DNA of 64,000 bases, from the NCBI GenBank assembly GCA_963745075.1, contig CAVUWV010000012.1, positions 1 through 64,000 of the forward strand, read 5' to 3'. Positions 50,298-62,760 of this stretch are shown here, one piece after another. How positions within the stretch are numbered: the stretch's first letter is position 1; every line of letters starts with the position of its first letter. The notes beneath the pieces were generated by a model. The model saw nothing but the letters and a program-made list of their open reading frames with translations, was not told the origin of the DNA and ran no database searches. This DNA comes from Candidatus Hydrogenedentota bacterium (GTDB lineage: Bacteria > Hydrogenedentota > Hydrogenedentia > Hydrogenedentales > SLHB01). The position numbers and the translations under genes are program-made.

Positions 50298-53200
50298 AAA
50301 TGCTCGCCGCCTACCAAGTGTTGTGCGATGGCTCGTCCGAGCCTTCGTGGCCTCCGCATGTCTGATCGTATTGTCGTTATTGGCCATCAATTCCGGTCCC
50401 GGAAAACGATGGCTCGCGTCTTACTTGTCTGAGACGCTCTCCGCAAATCCGCGATTGGATTTCCAACTAATCGGACTTCACGGCACGCTGCCAAGCTCCA
50501 TACGCCTGGAGTCCATTAACGTCAGCGACAGCGCCGGCACGATCGCGTCAGCTCGGGACGTTTCGGCGCGCTGGTCGCTTTGGTCCATTCTGCGGGGTCC
50601 CTTTCACGTCTACGCGGTTTCCGTGAACGACGTAGCAATTCTGAAACGACCGCCCCCCAACCCGGATGCACGACCCTTGGATATTGTGCGCGCGATACCA
50701 AAGGCCCTGCGCGGCGTGCGCGTCGACTCGTTTACGATCAACCAGTTGGCAGTATCTGAGGCCGTGGCGGGGAAGCGCGCGACGTTTCGCATCGACGGCC
50801 ACTTGGCCGGAAAGACGGTGGAGGAATTAGTTGCCGCGTTGGACGTCGTTCGTACTGATGCGCCAACGACCTCTGCGACGTTGACCCTGAATCTCGGCGG
50901 CGGCGCCTCGACGCTGGGGCTTGCCGCGCGCGTGGAAGATACCGCATTCCTGCCTGAGCTCGTGGGCGCGGAAGGCCAGACGCCGTTCGTCTTCACCGTC
51001 GACGGGGACGGCGATTCGAATTCGTGGACCGGAAAAGTCGATGGCTCTCTCGGTGGCGCGTCGTTCGTGAATGCCGATCTGGAACTCGCCGTGGGCGATA
51101 CCATCCAAGGGTCCCTCGACGGGATTTTTCACGCGAGCCGTCTTCCTCGGGCTGCGGCGCTAAGCGAACGGCTTGGCGAGGTCGTCGCATTTCAGATTGA
51201 CGGTCAACGACGATCGGACGGCTCCGTTGCTCTATCCCCAATCAAGGTCAGCGGCGGTGGATCGGAATTTGCCGGGCAACTTGGTTACGACGCCAAAGCC
51301 GATACGGTGGACCTTACCGTCGACCTAACCACGGAATCTCTTGCGCGGGTTCTTGGGGTAACCCGCAATGGCTTGAACCAGCCCGCGCAGGGGACGGTTT
51401 CGCTGAAGGGGCCGTTAGCTACACCCACCCTAAGCACGCGACTCAGTGTATCAAGAACTCCGTTGCTCGCGGTGGATGGTGATTTGGATTTGCGAGAGGG
51501 CTACGGCTTTGACCTGGACGTCGCCGCGTGGCCAAAACCGCCGCTCATCCCAGAGAAGGCGGGAGAGGCAATCGCCGACGGTGTAAACGGTCATGTGGCG
51601 GGGATGCAACGGGCGGATGGCTCGCTGCGCATAGATGAGTCAGTACTCCACGTAGCCGGCGCCCGGTTGGGCTTCAACGCCGACATGAACGCGGGATCCC
51701 ATCAATTGGCCGCCAGTGTGAATCTTTCCGATCTCGACATATCGAAGCTCGCCGGACTTGTTCCGGATGGCAGCACGGGGATCGTTTCGTTGCAGGGGCG
51801 GATTGACGGATCGAAGGATGGATGGAACGCAAATGCCACTATCTCGGGTACGAGCGTAGAAATCAAGGGAGCGACTACGGCCAAACTCAGCGGGACTTTG
51901 ACGGGTTCGGGACACTCTTGGAAGCCGTCAACCCTCGAAGGCATGAATTTCGCGGTTGATGCCTCGGCTGCGCCGTTTACACTAAACGAGCGCTCGCAGC
52001 CCGAACTTCGCTTGCGGGCAGAGGCAGCGATTCCCGAGGCGAATCACCTCCGACTGGCCAGTGCGAAGGTGGACTCGCGGGATCTGGCCATAAGCGCGCA
52101 TGGTGACTACAATATTAAGTCGAAAGGTGGTAAATTCGGGGTGAATTTGTCCCGGATCGACTTAGTCTTGTTCAAAGCGGCCGGACACTTGAGTGCCCAG
52201 GCGACCATCCACACCTCTACGGAGACGCCCGCTTCGGGCTCGCTCGACTTCCGCGTGGCGAACGCCGGCGGGCTCCCCGACCCGGTTCTGTCTCTGGTAA
52301 CCGAGCAGGTCGATGGGAAGGCCACGTTTACCCTGTCGGACAATTCACGACTCGCAATCGACAACGCAACGTTAGAAAGCAGTGCCATGTCGGCGAGTGG
52401 CACGGGGGTGTTGGACCTGATAGAGAAGACGATGCAGACGGATACATCGTTTCGCGTGCCCAATCTGGCAGTATTGTCCGAGCCGATGGGGCGCTCGCTT
52501 GGAGGCGCAATCGCGGCGTCGGTATCGACGAAAGGGCCTTGGGACGATTTCGCGGCCACGCTGGCGATCGATGGAGATGCACTGGTCGTTGACGACGCGA
52601 AAGTGAGTCACGCGGAACTGCGGGGAGAGGTGAGTGGACTCCCCGCGACTCCTTCTGGCGACGCAACGCTGCGATTATCGCGTGACGATGAAGCGCTCTC
52701 GGTGGAGGCCGCATTTGCCTTCGCGAAACCCAACCTCACGGTTCCGAATTTCACGATTGAATCGGGTTCGAACCAGGTACGCGGCAACGTCGAGTTCGAT
52801 GTGGAGAGCAAACATGGGCAGGGGGCCGTAACGGGGGACCTTCCCGACTTGTCCGCCGTAGGCCGGATGTTCGATGTGAACCTGGCCGGCGGGATGAAGG
52901 TAAACGCTGTTCTTGAAGGACCGCCTGATACCGAACATCTAAGAGTGGACTTGAATGGCGCCCAAATCGGCTTCGCGGACGTTTCGGCAGGCGCCGTTCA
53001 GGCGAACGCTGATATCAACGACCCTTTCGGCAATTGGTCGGGCGCGATCCAGGTTAAGGGCCAAAGTCTCGAGGCCGGCGACGCGAATCTTGCGGGGTAT
53101 TCCGTGGGGATGAAGGGCGATAAGAACACCGCGGAATTAAGAATGGCAATCAATGAAGGCACCGTCCGCGAATGGCCGGTAACATTGAAGACCGGGATGA

Positions 53201-55017
53201 CGGCAAGTGTCTCGGATGGGTGGTTATCCGTGAATTCATTGGATGCAACGCTCGGCGGGCATCAAGTCACGTTGGCCGAACCGGCGCGCGCGAGCCGTTC
53301 CGAAGACGGCGCCACCGTCGACCTTGGTCGTATCGCCGTCGATGATGGCGAAGTCGGCGGCGCGATGAATCGGGATGGGGAGAATATCGCGGCATCGTTT
53401 TCGCTCGATGCGCTACCGCTCGAATTGGTGAAATTGGCCGGTGGCCCGGCGTTGGAAGGCACGGTAGGCGGGCAGTTCGACTTGGAAGGCGAGGCGTCAC
53501 AGCCGACGGGCAACGGATCGCTCCGATTCCGCGACGTTCGGGAACCGGGCGCAGCCTATGCGCCATTTGCGGCGGATGTCAGCGCCTCCGTGGATGCCGG
53601 CGTGTGCAAGGCGTCGGTAAAGGCAACGATGGATGACCGCATCTCGGCTGACGCCTCGGCGGAGTTGCCGGTACGTTTTTCTTTTGCCCCGATGGACGTT
53701 GGCGTCGATTCCGGCCGAACGCTGCGTGGAACCTGCAAGGCCAACGCCGACCTCTCGGTGTTTCCGCAATTACTGGACTTGCAAGACCATGTGCTACAGG
53801 GTCGAGTGAAATCAGAGCTTGCGCTTGGAGGGACGGCAGCGGTTCCGGTCATTACCGGCGAAACACGAATCGAGAACGGCCGGTATGAAAACCTGAAAAC
53901 GGGAACCATTCTCGATGACTTGCATGTCGTTATCGAAGGCAAGGATCGCGAGTTGCAGGTTACCGAATTCAATGCAACGGATGGCGCCGGGGGAACGCTG
54001 TCGGCCGAAGGGCACGTTGACGTGTTGCCGGACAAACGCTTTCCGTTCTCATTGAAAGCGAACCTCGCGAACCTGCGCGTCGCCAATCGCGATACGATTT
54101 CCGGTCAGGCGGACGGGACGTTTACTGTCGCGGGCGACATGGACAAGATGGATGTAACGGGCGCGGCGACGATTGGACCTGCGACGGTGAATATTCCGAA
54201 GCGGTTGCCGGGCGAGTATCCCGAACTCAACGTTACCGAAGTGAACGGTCCGGATGACACGTCCGCACCGAAGCAGCCCGAAGTGAAAACGGACGAATCG
54301 CCGTTGACGATTGCGCTGGACGTGACGTGCGACGCACCCGGCAAGGTGTACGTCCGCAGTCAATCGATGGATACCGAGTGGAAGGGGAATCTGCACGTTG
54401 GCGGCACTGCGGATGCGGCTGAAGTCACGGGGACGTTGTCGCCGGTACGGGGACAGATCGTCTTCCTGGACCGGACCTTCGACCTACGCGAGAGCGCGAT
54501 AACGCTGGACGGAAGCACGCCTCCTTCTCCTTACCTCGATCTCAACGCCGAGACCCGTACGGCCGACATGACGGCCAAGCTGCATCTCTATGGCGTGTAC
54601 CCCGACGTGAAACTGGAACTTCAATCCGAACCGGCCTTGCCCCAGGACGAAATCCTCGCAAAGCTGTTGTTCGACCGAAATCTCAGTGACATTACTCCGT
54701 TCCAGGCGGTGCAACTTGCCGCGATGCTCGATTCCATGCGTGGTAACGACGGATTCAGCGCGCTTACCCGAACGTCACGCATGCTTGGCAATTTCCGAGT
54801 CCAAGTGCGTCGGCAAGGCGAAGGAGTCGGCGAAACGTCGGTCGCGGTGGGCAAGTATCTCAACGACAAAGTCTACGTCGAGGTCGAGCAGGGATTGAAG
54901 GACCAGAAAGGCGGCGGTCGCGTCGAATACCAAGTCACGCCCAGAATCTCCATCGAAGGCAGTGCCGACTCCGAGGGAAAGGGCAACGTCGGCATTCTAT
55001 ACAAAAAGGATTATTAA
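50254..55017 (+). CDS. tamB: TamB / DUF490 translocation and assembly module protein
   Basis: N-terminal TM, long beta-rich body, C-terminal PALPQDEILAKLLF...VGKYLNDKVYV...YKKDY; overlaps tamA. Confidence 0.88.
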   Translation: MTVSEFTSVLDKPSENARRLPSVVRWLVRAFVASACLIVLSLLAINSGPGKRWLASYLSETLSANPRLDFQLIGLHGTLPSSIRLESINVSDSAGTIASARDVSARWSLWSILRGPFHVYAVSVNDVAILKRPPPNPDARPLDIVRAIPKALRGVRVDSFTINQLAVSEAVAGKRATFRIDGHLAGKTVEELVAALDVVRTDAPTTSATLTLNLGGGASTLGLAARVEDTAFLPELVGAEGQTPFVFTVDGDGDSNSWTGKVDGSLGGASFVNADLELAVGDTIQGSLDGIFHASRLPRAAALSERLGEVVAFQIDGQRRSDGSVALSPIKVSGGGSEFAGQLGYDAKADTVDLTVDLTTESLARVLGVTRNGLNQPAQGTVSLKGPLATPTLSTRLSVSRTPLLAVDGDLDLREGYGFDLDVAAWPKPPLIPEKAGEAIADGVNGHVAGMQRADGSLRIDESVLHVAGARLGFNADMNAGSHQLAASVNLSDLDISKLAGLVPDGSTGIVSLQGRIDGSKDGWNANATISGTSVEIKGATTAKLSGTLTGSGHSWKPSTLEGMNFAVDASAAPFTLNERSQPELRLRAEAAIPEANHLRLASAKVDSRDLAISAHGDYNIKSKGGKFGVNLSRIDLVLFKAAGHLSAQATIHTSTETPASGSLDFRVANAGGLPDPVLSLVTEQVDGKATFTLSDNSRLAIDNATLESSAMSASGTGVLDLIEKTMQTDTSFRVPNLAVLSEPMGRSLGGAIAASVSTKGPWDDFAATLAIDGDALVVDDAKVSHAELRGEVSGLPATPSGDATLRLSRDDEALSVEAAFAFAKPNLTVPNFTIESGSNQVRGNVEFDVESKHGQGAVTGDLPDLSAVGRMFDVNLAGGMKVNAVLEGPPDTEHLRVDLNGAQIGFADVSAGAVQANADINDPFGNWSGAIQVKGQSLEAGDANLAGYSVGMKGDKNTAELRMAINEGTVREWPVTLKTGMTASVSDGWLSVNSLDATLGGHQVTLAEPARASRSEDGATVDLGRIAVDDGEVGGAMNRDGENIAASFSLDALPLELVKLAGGPALEGTVGGQFDLEGEASQPTGNGSLRFRDVREPGAAYAPFAADVSASVDAGVCKASVKATMDDRISADASAELPVRFSFAPMDVGVDSGRTLRGTCKANADLSVFPQLLDLQDHVLQGRVKSELALGGTAAVPVITGETRIENGRYENLKTGTILDDLHVVIEGKDRELQVTEFNATDGAGGTLSAEGHVDVLPDKRFPFSLKANLANLRVANRDTISGQADGTFTVAGDMDKMDVTGAATIGPATVNIPKRLPGEYPELNVTEVNGPDDTSAPKQPEVKTDESPLTIALDVTCDAPGKVYVRSQSMDTEWKGNLHVGGTADAAEVTGTLSPVRGQIVFLDRTFDLRESAITLDGSTPPSPYLDLNAETRTADMTAKLHLYGVYPDVKLELQSEPALPQDEILAKLLFDRNLSDITPFQAVQLAAMLDSMRGNDGFSALTRTSRMLGNFRVQVRRQGEGVGETSVAVGKYLNDKVYVEVEQGLKDQKGGGRVEYQVTPRISIEGSADSEGKGNVGILYKKDY

Positions 55018-55064
55018 CCGTCGATTCTGCGCACGCGAATTGCGCTGTTTGTGAGGCGCAACGA

Positions 55065-55440
55065 TTATAACCGGATAATCACGTCGTCCTTGTGCAGACG
55101 CCAGGCGACCGCATAGTTAAACAGAGAGAAAAGTACAAACCCTACCAACGCCCGAATGACCCCGCTGTCCTCGGGAAACAATTTGACGTGCTCGGAGAAT
55201 TGCGGAAACGTCTTGTACATCTCCAGCAGGCAGAACTGAACGAGATAGATCGTCAGGGGGTTCTTCCCTATGATGCTGAATCCGGGGAATTGAAACTTGG
55301 CCATCTCGTTGATCGCGTAAAACAGCGCCAACGTCAGGAAGGACGTTCCCGCCGATCCGATGGTATAGGACGACAGCATCGCGCGTTGGGTGAAGTGCCA
55401 GGGCTCTTTGAAATTCGTGATCGTATCCAGAACTTGGCCA
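55065..55440 (-). pseudogene. 3' remnant of a DUF5009 / heparan-alpha-glucosaminide N-acetyltransferase-like membrane gene
   Basis: PWHFTQRAMLSSYT...IGKNPLTIY...LHKDDVIIRL* resembles the C-terminus of that family. The frame upstream is not protein-like and stops near 55550. Confidence 0.5.
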
Positions 55441-56192
55441 TCGTGGCGTAGACTTATCCAACCCTTGGATAGCTGGAGCCGCGTATTACGTGGATCGAGG
55501 CGGTGATTCGAGGTTAACGTTCTGCACGTTCTTCGGTCCGGATTTCTCTAACCTTCCATCCGTCAATCGTTTGTGAGTTTCTGCGCCGTGGGGTTGCCGT
55601 TCCGGGCATGCGGGTTGCTCCCTTGTGCGCGTCTCGCGTTTGGCAGGGGCAACTGACAACGCGCGATGGAGTGGAAGGAGGCGGGGTGCGGATCGGCCGG
55701 CCTCGCCTCCTGAAGCTCCCGGAAGCCCGGAGCGATTGAATGAAACATTGCAAATATCGGGTTCCTTTGCTATTCTCAATTTGCTTCGTATTGCCCCTGC
55801 GAATGAAAGTTCTGTGATTCGGTGTCACACGGTGCGTTCGGATGAAACGCAGGAGGCAAAAGGGGCATGTCGATTCCAGGGGAAGGGAAAGTGCTGAGTC
55901 CGTACACACGCGAGGGGTTCCAATCTTCGAACGAGAAGTGGAAGCGTGTGAGGCGGTTGTGGAACGGCGCGAGGCGTTCCCGGCTTACCGATCGTTTATC
56001 CTCCCATCGGCTCCATCCTCCCAGGCAACTTGTACGATGCGCCACCTGATGTCTGCGCGGTAACGACGGCTCGTTTGCGCAGACCGAACCGGTTCCGATT
56101 GGAACGAGTACCAGCCGCGTGTGCCACGCGGATACATGGATAGTGCGTCACGTAGATCCGGGGAAGGGCGTTAGTCGACGAGGGAGACGGAA

Positions 56193-59100
56193 ATGATGGG
56201 CAAAGGGGACCGTGGTGCGAATGGGGTCGTCTGTCTATTCGGCGTATTAGCGGCGGCGGTTTTTTTGATTGGCGCTACCGGAATTCCGGGGCAGGGCTAC
56301 CAGAAGGCGAATGCGTCGGATTTCGGAGTAACACGGGATACTCAACTGGATCGGGGACCTGCTGACCCCGTATCAATCGAGACGGAAGGTGCGACCGTCG
56401 ATCCGCAGGCTCATGCCGCGGTTCAGCAGTTTATGTCAGGTTCATCAGTCTTCATCAAAAACGAGGGGCAATGGCCGGACGATTCGATTGCGTTCGCTCT
56501 GGATGGTTCCGGCGCCAACGTCGGGCTGACGGACGCGGGTCCTCGCTTTCAACTGTTTCGCGCTATGACAGCGCCGACAAGCTCACTTGCGCCGTCCGAC
56601 CCGAACCAAGTTCTTTCGGAAGGCGCCACCACCGCAATGCGGGAATTTGGTGTCGTCTTTGACGGCGCGGCCCGCGTAACGCCCACCGGCCACGACCAGG
56701 CCGCCCGTACGTTCAACTACCTCCGGGGTGACGTCGCTCTTCATCGGGAAGGCGTCCCCTCTTACGCATCCGTATGGTACGAAGACTTGTATCCTGGCGT
56801 GAATCTCGAACTGACCGGCAACCGATCCGGCATCAAGTACAACTTCCACATCGCGCCCGGCGCGGACTGGCGCACGATCCGCGTCCGCTACGACGGGATC
56901 CAGGGACTGTCGTTGCGCCCGGACGGCGCGCTCGAAATTCGCATCGCCGACGGCTGGGGCATCCTCACCGACGCCGTGCCCTACATTTACCAAGAAGTCA
57001 ATGGCGCGAACGTGGAGGTTCCCGGCCGATTCGTTCTGTTGGACGACCGTACCTGCGGTTTTGAGATCACAGGGAATTACGACTCGGCATTGCCTCTCAC
57101 TATTGACCCGGTTGTCGACTGGGGAAGCTACTTGGGCGGAACTCTGCAGGACGAAGCAAACGACGTTGCCGTAGATGCGAGCGGGAATGTTTACGTCGCT
57201 GGGCATACGCAATCATCGGGTTGGGTGAGTGGTGGCTGGGACACGGTTCTCGACGGGACTCAAGATGCCTGTGTCGTGAAGTTAGATCCAACGGGTGGCC
57301 ACCTTTGGTCAACATACGTGGGTGGCGCGGATTTTGAGCGGGGCTGGGGTATTGCGGTAGACGGAGATGGCAACACGTACATAACGGGAGAGACTTATTC
57401 GGCAGGCTGGGTAAGCGGAGGTTGGGACACTTCGTACGGGGGCGGTGGAGATGGTTTTCTCGTCAAGCTTGCCACTGATGGCACGTATGCTTGGTCTACT
57501 TACCTTGGCGATACGAATTACGAAGTCGGCTACAGCATTGCCGTGGATCCGAACGGCAATGTATACGTGACGGGAGAAACCCAGTCATCGGGTTGGGTGA
57601 GCGGTGGCTGGGACACGACCTATGCCGGCGTCGGTCGGGATGGCTTCGTGGTGAAACTAGACGCGACCGGCAGTCACGTCTGGTCCACCTACCTGGGCGC
57701 GATTGGTAACGAATACGGTTACGGCATTACGGTGGATGGCGTTGGGAATGTCTTTGCTACCGGATCCACTGGATCGTCCGGTTGGGTCAGCGGCGGCGGC
57801 GATACCACGTTCAACGGTGGTACCGATATCTACGTCGTTGATCTTCGGCAGCTGGCGCTCACGTGTGGTCCACCTACCTGGGCGGAAGTTCTGACGACTA
57901 CGGTCGCGGCATAGCTTTAGATGGAAGCGGCAACATCTACGTTACGGGAGACACCCAATCCGTAAGTTGGGTCAGCGGGGGGTGGGACAGCGTCATTGGC
58001 GGTCCGCAAGATGCCTTTGTGGCGAAGTTGAATTCGTCAGGCACCCAACTCTGGTCCACCTATGTTGGGGGTACGAGCGCCGAGATTGGCTACGGTATTG
58101 CGGTCGATGGAAGTGGCAATGCGTATGTGACCGGGCGAACGCAGTCCTCAGGTTGGGTCAGCGGCGGTTTCCTGACCACCTATGCGGGGGGCAGTAATGA
58201 TGCCTTCATAATCAAGTTCTCGACATCCGGTTTACACGTTTGGTCCAGTTACTTGGGTGGGGGGGATGTTGACTTTGGTTACGGCATTGCGGTCAATGGC
58301 AATGTATACGTTGCAGGGACAACGGGCTCCGGGGGCTGGGTGAGTGGAGGATGGGACACCGTTTTTAATTCTCAAGACGGCTATGTGGTCCAAATCTCGC
58401 AACTCACCGACCTCGCAGTTGCGCCGAGCAATCCTGGCGCGACGGCGGTCGATACCGATCGTATCACTTGGACGTGGCAGGATAATTCGGACAACGAGAC
58501 CGGATTCAACGTATACGATGATCCGGGTATTGGCCCTCCCTCCACTTTGCAAACTACGACCGCGGCTGATGTCACTTCGTGGCAGCATACCGGTCTATCG
58601 GTTAATACGCGGTACGCACTTCAGGTGACTGCGGGAAACGCCAACGGAGATAGCGCGGGCACTCCCAATTTTACGGCGTATACCGGAATCGAGCCGGTTT
58701 CTTCGTTGATCTTCTCGAGTGTCAGTGCGAATGGAATCAGCGTAGCGTCTGCGAATCTGCCCAGCAATCTTGCGAGCGGCTCCTCCGGTCTCTATTTTGC
58801 CAATACGTCCATTGGTACCAACTCGGGGTGGCAGAAAGATAACACGGCGTGGAATTCGACGGGTCTTGTTCCAAATACGCCATACACATTCACCGGAGTT
58901 TCCCGGAATGGCGACGGACTTCAGACTGTTCCCTCCTCGCCGGTAGTAAAGTACACACTTGCGGTTACCCCGGTCGCACCGCTGGTGTCGGTTCCGGCGA
59001 ACCACGCGACGGCGGTCCACGCGCTGGACGTGGTCATTGGACCCGGCGACGGAAACCCCGTGGCGACGGAATACGCCATTCAGATTTCTCCGTCCGTTGG

Positions 59101-62100
59101 CGGAAATTCGTGGGTGCAAGCCGACGGCACGGTGGGAGCTTCACCGGTATATCGGTTGGCACCGGCATGGGATGCCGTGCGTGTGACAGGATTGGCAAAG
59201 GCAACCACCTACACATTTACCGTCATCGCCCATAACGGCGACAACGTCGATACGGCCTTCGGCCCCGGTGGTGTGGCTACTACGGCGGACAATGCCCCAC
59301 CGAGTGCGCCGGTGTTGAATTTCCCGACGGTCCAGAGCACGAGCGCGAACCTGGTGTGTTTCGTCGCGTTCCCCAGCACCGACGCGGATGGCGACACCAT
59401 CCTTTACGAATACGACTGGTACGTGAAATACAACGGCTTCCCGAGCTTTGTCTTGTTCCAGAACGGGGCTCCGGAGGCGGCGTTGTCGAGCCAGGTGAAC
59501 TACACGGACACCGTACCCGGCGACGTGTGGTATTGCGTGGTCACTCCGCACGATGAAGAGGAAGCGGGCACGGCGGCCACGAGCCCCAATTGCGATGTCG
59601 TGCTGGGCGGCATTACGCCATCGTTTATCTCGCTATCCGTAGCGCCTACACCGGTGACCCTGGGCCAGTCCGTTACCGCGTCGGGGTTCGTGTTCCCGAC
59701 GCCCAGCGGCAGCCCGAACGTGACCTTCTCGAGCACGTCGCCCTCCGGCGTTGTATCGGGGGTCTTCCCCGAAGGCACGCCGCTGTCGGGTGGCGCGTAT
59801 AGCAAGACCTTCGTACCGACCGAGGCGACGGAAGGCCGCGACCCGTGGAAACTGACCGCGTCCTGGGACGGGGACAGCACCTTTACAGCGGCGACCAGCG
59901 CTGAAGTAAGCTTCAATGTGCTGAAGGCGTCGCCCGCGGTCGAACTCAGCTTGAACGCGACCGCCGTACCGCTTGGATACAGCGACCTGGTTGCGACAGT
60001 CCAGGTGTCGGCGCCTATCCCCGCGTCGCTGAACGGCCTGTTGTCCGGCCTTTCCGTGCAACTGTTCGCCCGCCTGCCGGACGGCAGTTCGCTCTGGTCG
60101 CCGGGTAGCGCGCCGACGGCCATAACCGATGCCGATGGGATCGCCGTATTCTCGGCCGCGGAATTGGCGACGGCGGGGCTGGATTTGTCGACAGCGGGCA
60201 CCTGGCAGTGGCGCGCGGACTTCGCCGGCAACGACAACTTCACGACCGCCTCGTCTCCGGCCTACGACCTGTCCACTTCCGTTCGGTTGACGGTTCGTGA
60301 CCGCGCCGGTTATGCGATAATCACGGTGGGTCGTCTGGACGTATCCGGTGAAGGCATCGCCGAGCACAACAAGACGGCGGACTTCGTCTACCGCGCATTG
60401 CGCGATCGCGGATTCCCCGATAACGACATCTACTACCTGCGCCAGGGGGTTGTGCCGGCAACGCCGGAATACCAGGACATCATCGTGGACGATCCAACGC
60501 CGACGCAGGCCGAAGTGCAGTACGCGATAAGTCAGTGGGCCGCCGCGCAAGTGAACGCATCGGCCGCGCCCGTGTACGTCATCTTCGTGGACCACGGAAG
60601 CCCCGAGCAGTTCTACCTGTATGCCGGCGACCTCGGCGAGGCGCTTGTCATTACTCCGGAAGAGCTGGACAGCTACTTCGATGTATTGGAGACGAACATT
60701 GGCGCCAAAGCCACGACCCCGGACACGGATCGGTTCTTCATATACGGCGCCTGCCGGTCGGGTAGTTTCATTCCGGCCATGTCGGCCCCGGGCCGGACGA
60801 TCATCACGAGCAGCGCCGCGGACGAAGTCTCGCACCGGGGCGTCGTCGATCCCTCGGACGGGGTGCGTGACGGCGAGATGTTTATTACGGAGCTGTTCCG
60901 GGGGTTGCGTGACGGCAAGACGTTTAAGGAATCCTTCGAACACGCCTCGGACCAGACCCGCGATTATACCCAGGGTCCGGCCAATGGCGCCGGCGAACCG
61001 CCGCAATCGCCCATGTTGGACGACAACGGCGACGGAACGGGTTCCAGCGGAACCTTGTCCTTTGCGCCGGGCGAGGACGGCGGGAGGGCCAATGAACTTG
61101 CGCTCGGCTATGGCGTGAACGCCGGCGGCGAATTCGCCAGTTGGCTGGCGGCCACCTCGACCATTGTACTTGGGCCGAGCGATCCGATGCCGACCATTGA
61201 AGCCCTTACCGACAAGCGGCCCGCCACTAATGTGGAGGCATGGATCGAGGTCAAGTCATCGACCTATGCGGGCGACGACATCGCCGATCCAGGCTTTGAG
61301 GATTCCCAGGAAGTGGTCAATTTGACGGTAATCCCGGCAGACCTGGGCAGTTCCGACATCACCAACGGCATCTTCCGTTGGCCCTTGACGGCTCCGGATC
61401 AGGTTACGTTGTTCTCGGCGCCGGGTACCTACGCCGTCTATTACTACTTGCGAGACGGTGGAGACGGGAACGGTGCGGGAGACGTGAGCAGCTATCTGCT
61501 CACGACGGTGTACCGGCAACAGGCCGGAAACCAACCCCCGCTGCCGGTAACGCTGGTTTATCCCGCCGATGGGGCCCAACTTCCGACGACCGTATTCTTC
61601 GCGTGGGACGAAACGACCGATCCCGATGGCGACGCGGTCACCTACCGCCTGGAGGTGGCGGAGGATCTTGCGTTCTCCACCGGGCTTATCGTCCGTGAGG
61701 GCGTGACGGACACCTTGGTGCAGTTGACGGAATCCGACGGAATACAGGATCTCACGACCTACTATTGGCGCGTCATCCCGGTGGACGAATACGGGGCCAG
61801 CCCGACGTCCAACGCGGTGCGGACGTTCACGACGAACAACAGCAATCCCGACGCCTCGTGCGCTATCCAGGGACGGATCAAGAGCGCCGTCGACGGTTCG
61901 GCTCTATCCGGCGCAACGGCGACGTTGACACCGGGGTTTGTCAATTTCACGACCGTATTCAACGGCCAGTATCGCTATCTCTACCTGGCACAAGGCACGT
62001 ATACCGTGCAGGTTACTGCACCCGGTTTTAAGACCGGGTCGGCCATCCTGACCCTTTATAACGGTCAACAGCGCACCTATGATTTCACCCTACAGCCATT

Positions 62101-62668
62101 GACGGGAGCGGTGCAGGTGACCATCACACCCGCGGCCGCTCGTACCGAGGGAGCACAATGGCGAGTGGACGGTGGTCTGTGGCACGACAGCGGGTACATT
62201 GTTAACGGCCTGCCCGTCGGCGACCATACGATCAGTTACAAGACATTAACGAATTGGGCGGCACCTGCCAATAAATCGGTAACGATTCAATCCAATCAAA
62301 CGACATTGACTACGGGGGTCTACACGACCGGGACGGGCTCGTTGAAAGTTGTCATTACGCCGCAACAGGCGATTGACCTGGGTGCGTTGTGGCGCGTGGA
62401 CGGGGGCGCGTGGCAAAGCTCCGGAGCCACGGTCAGCGGTTTGTCGTTGGGAACCCATACGGTGGAGTTCAAGCCCGTGACCGGGTGGTTCACGCCGTCC
62501 AGTCAGCAGGTAGATTTGACCCTGAACGCGACGTTACAGACCGACGTTACATACTACGAATTGACATCATTGCCGTTAGGCTGGATGTCGGTGGCTGGTG
62601 TCATGATGCTGGTCGGATGCCTTGCATTAGTCCGCCGGCAAAAACGGGCTCATGGCGGGGAGTTATGA
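56193..62668 (+). CDS. Giant surface protein: SBBP 7-blade propeller, FN3/Ig domains, C13/caspase-like peptidase, WRVDGG repeats, C-terminal TM anchor; one frameshift near 57840 (ORFs 56193-57914 and 57863-62668)
   Basis: GGGAG RBS and signal peptide; FIKNEGQW...LYPGV...LTIDP N-domain; seven WSTYLGG repeats; VDHG and GACRSGSF; PMLDDNGDG; LPL-TM-RRQKR tail. Confidence 0.85.
57120..58400 (+). repeat. Seven SBBP-type ~62-aa repeats
   Basis: Trp codons at 57120, 57306, 57492, 57681, 57866, 58052 and 58241 (spacings 186, 186, 189, 185, 186, 189). Confidence 0.88.
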
Positions 62669-62760
62669 CAAGAGGCCTGTTGTTGACGCAGGCCGAAAGG
62701 AGCGTTCTCATTGCTTAGGCGTCTGAGCACGGCAATGAGGACGTCAGCGGTGGAGACCCG

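Noticed and set aside
42520..58400. Periodic DNA repeats (231 bp and about 186 bp) considered as CRISPR or other non-coding arrays
   Set aside because: They are in-frame protein repeats with synonymous variation; no spacer structure and no cas genes
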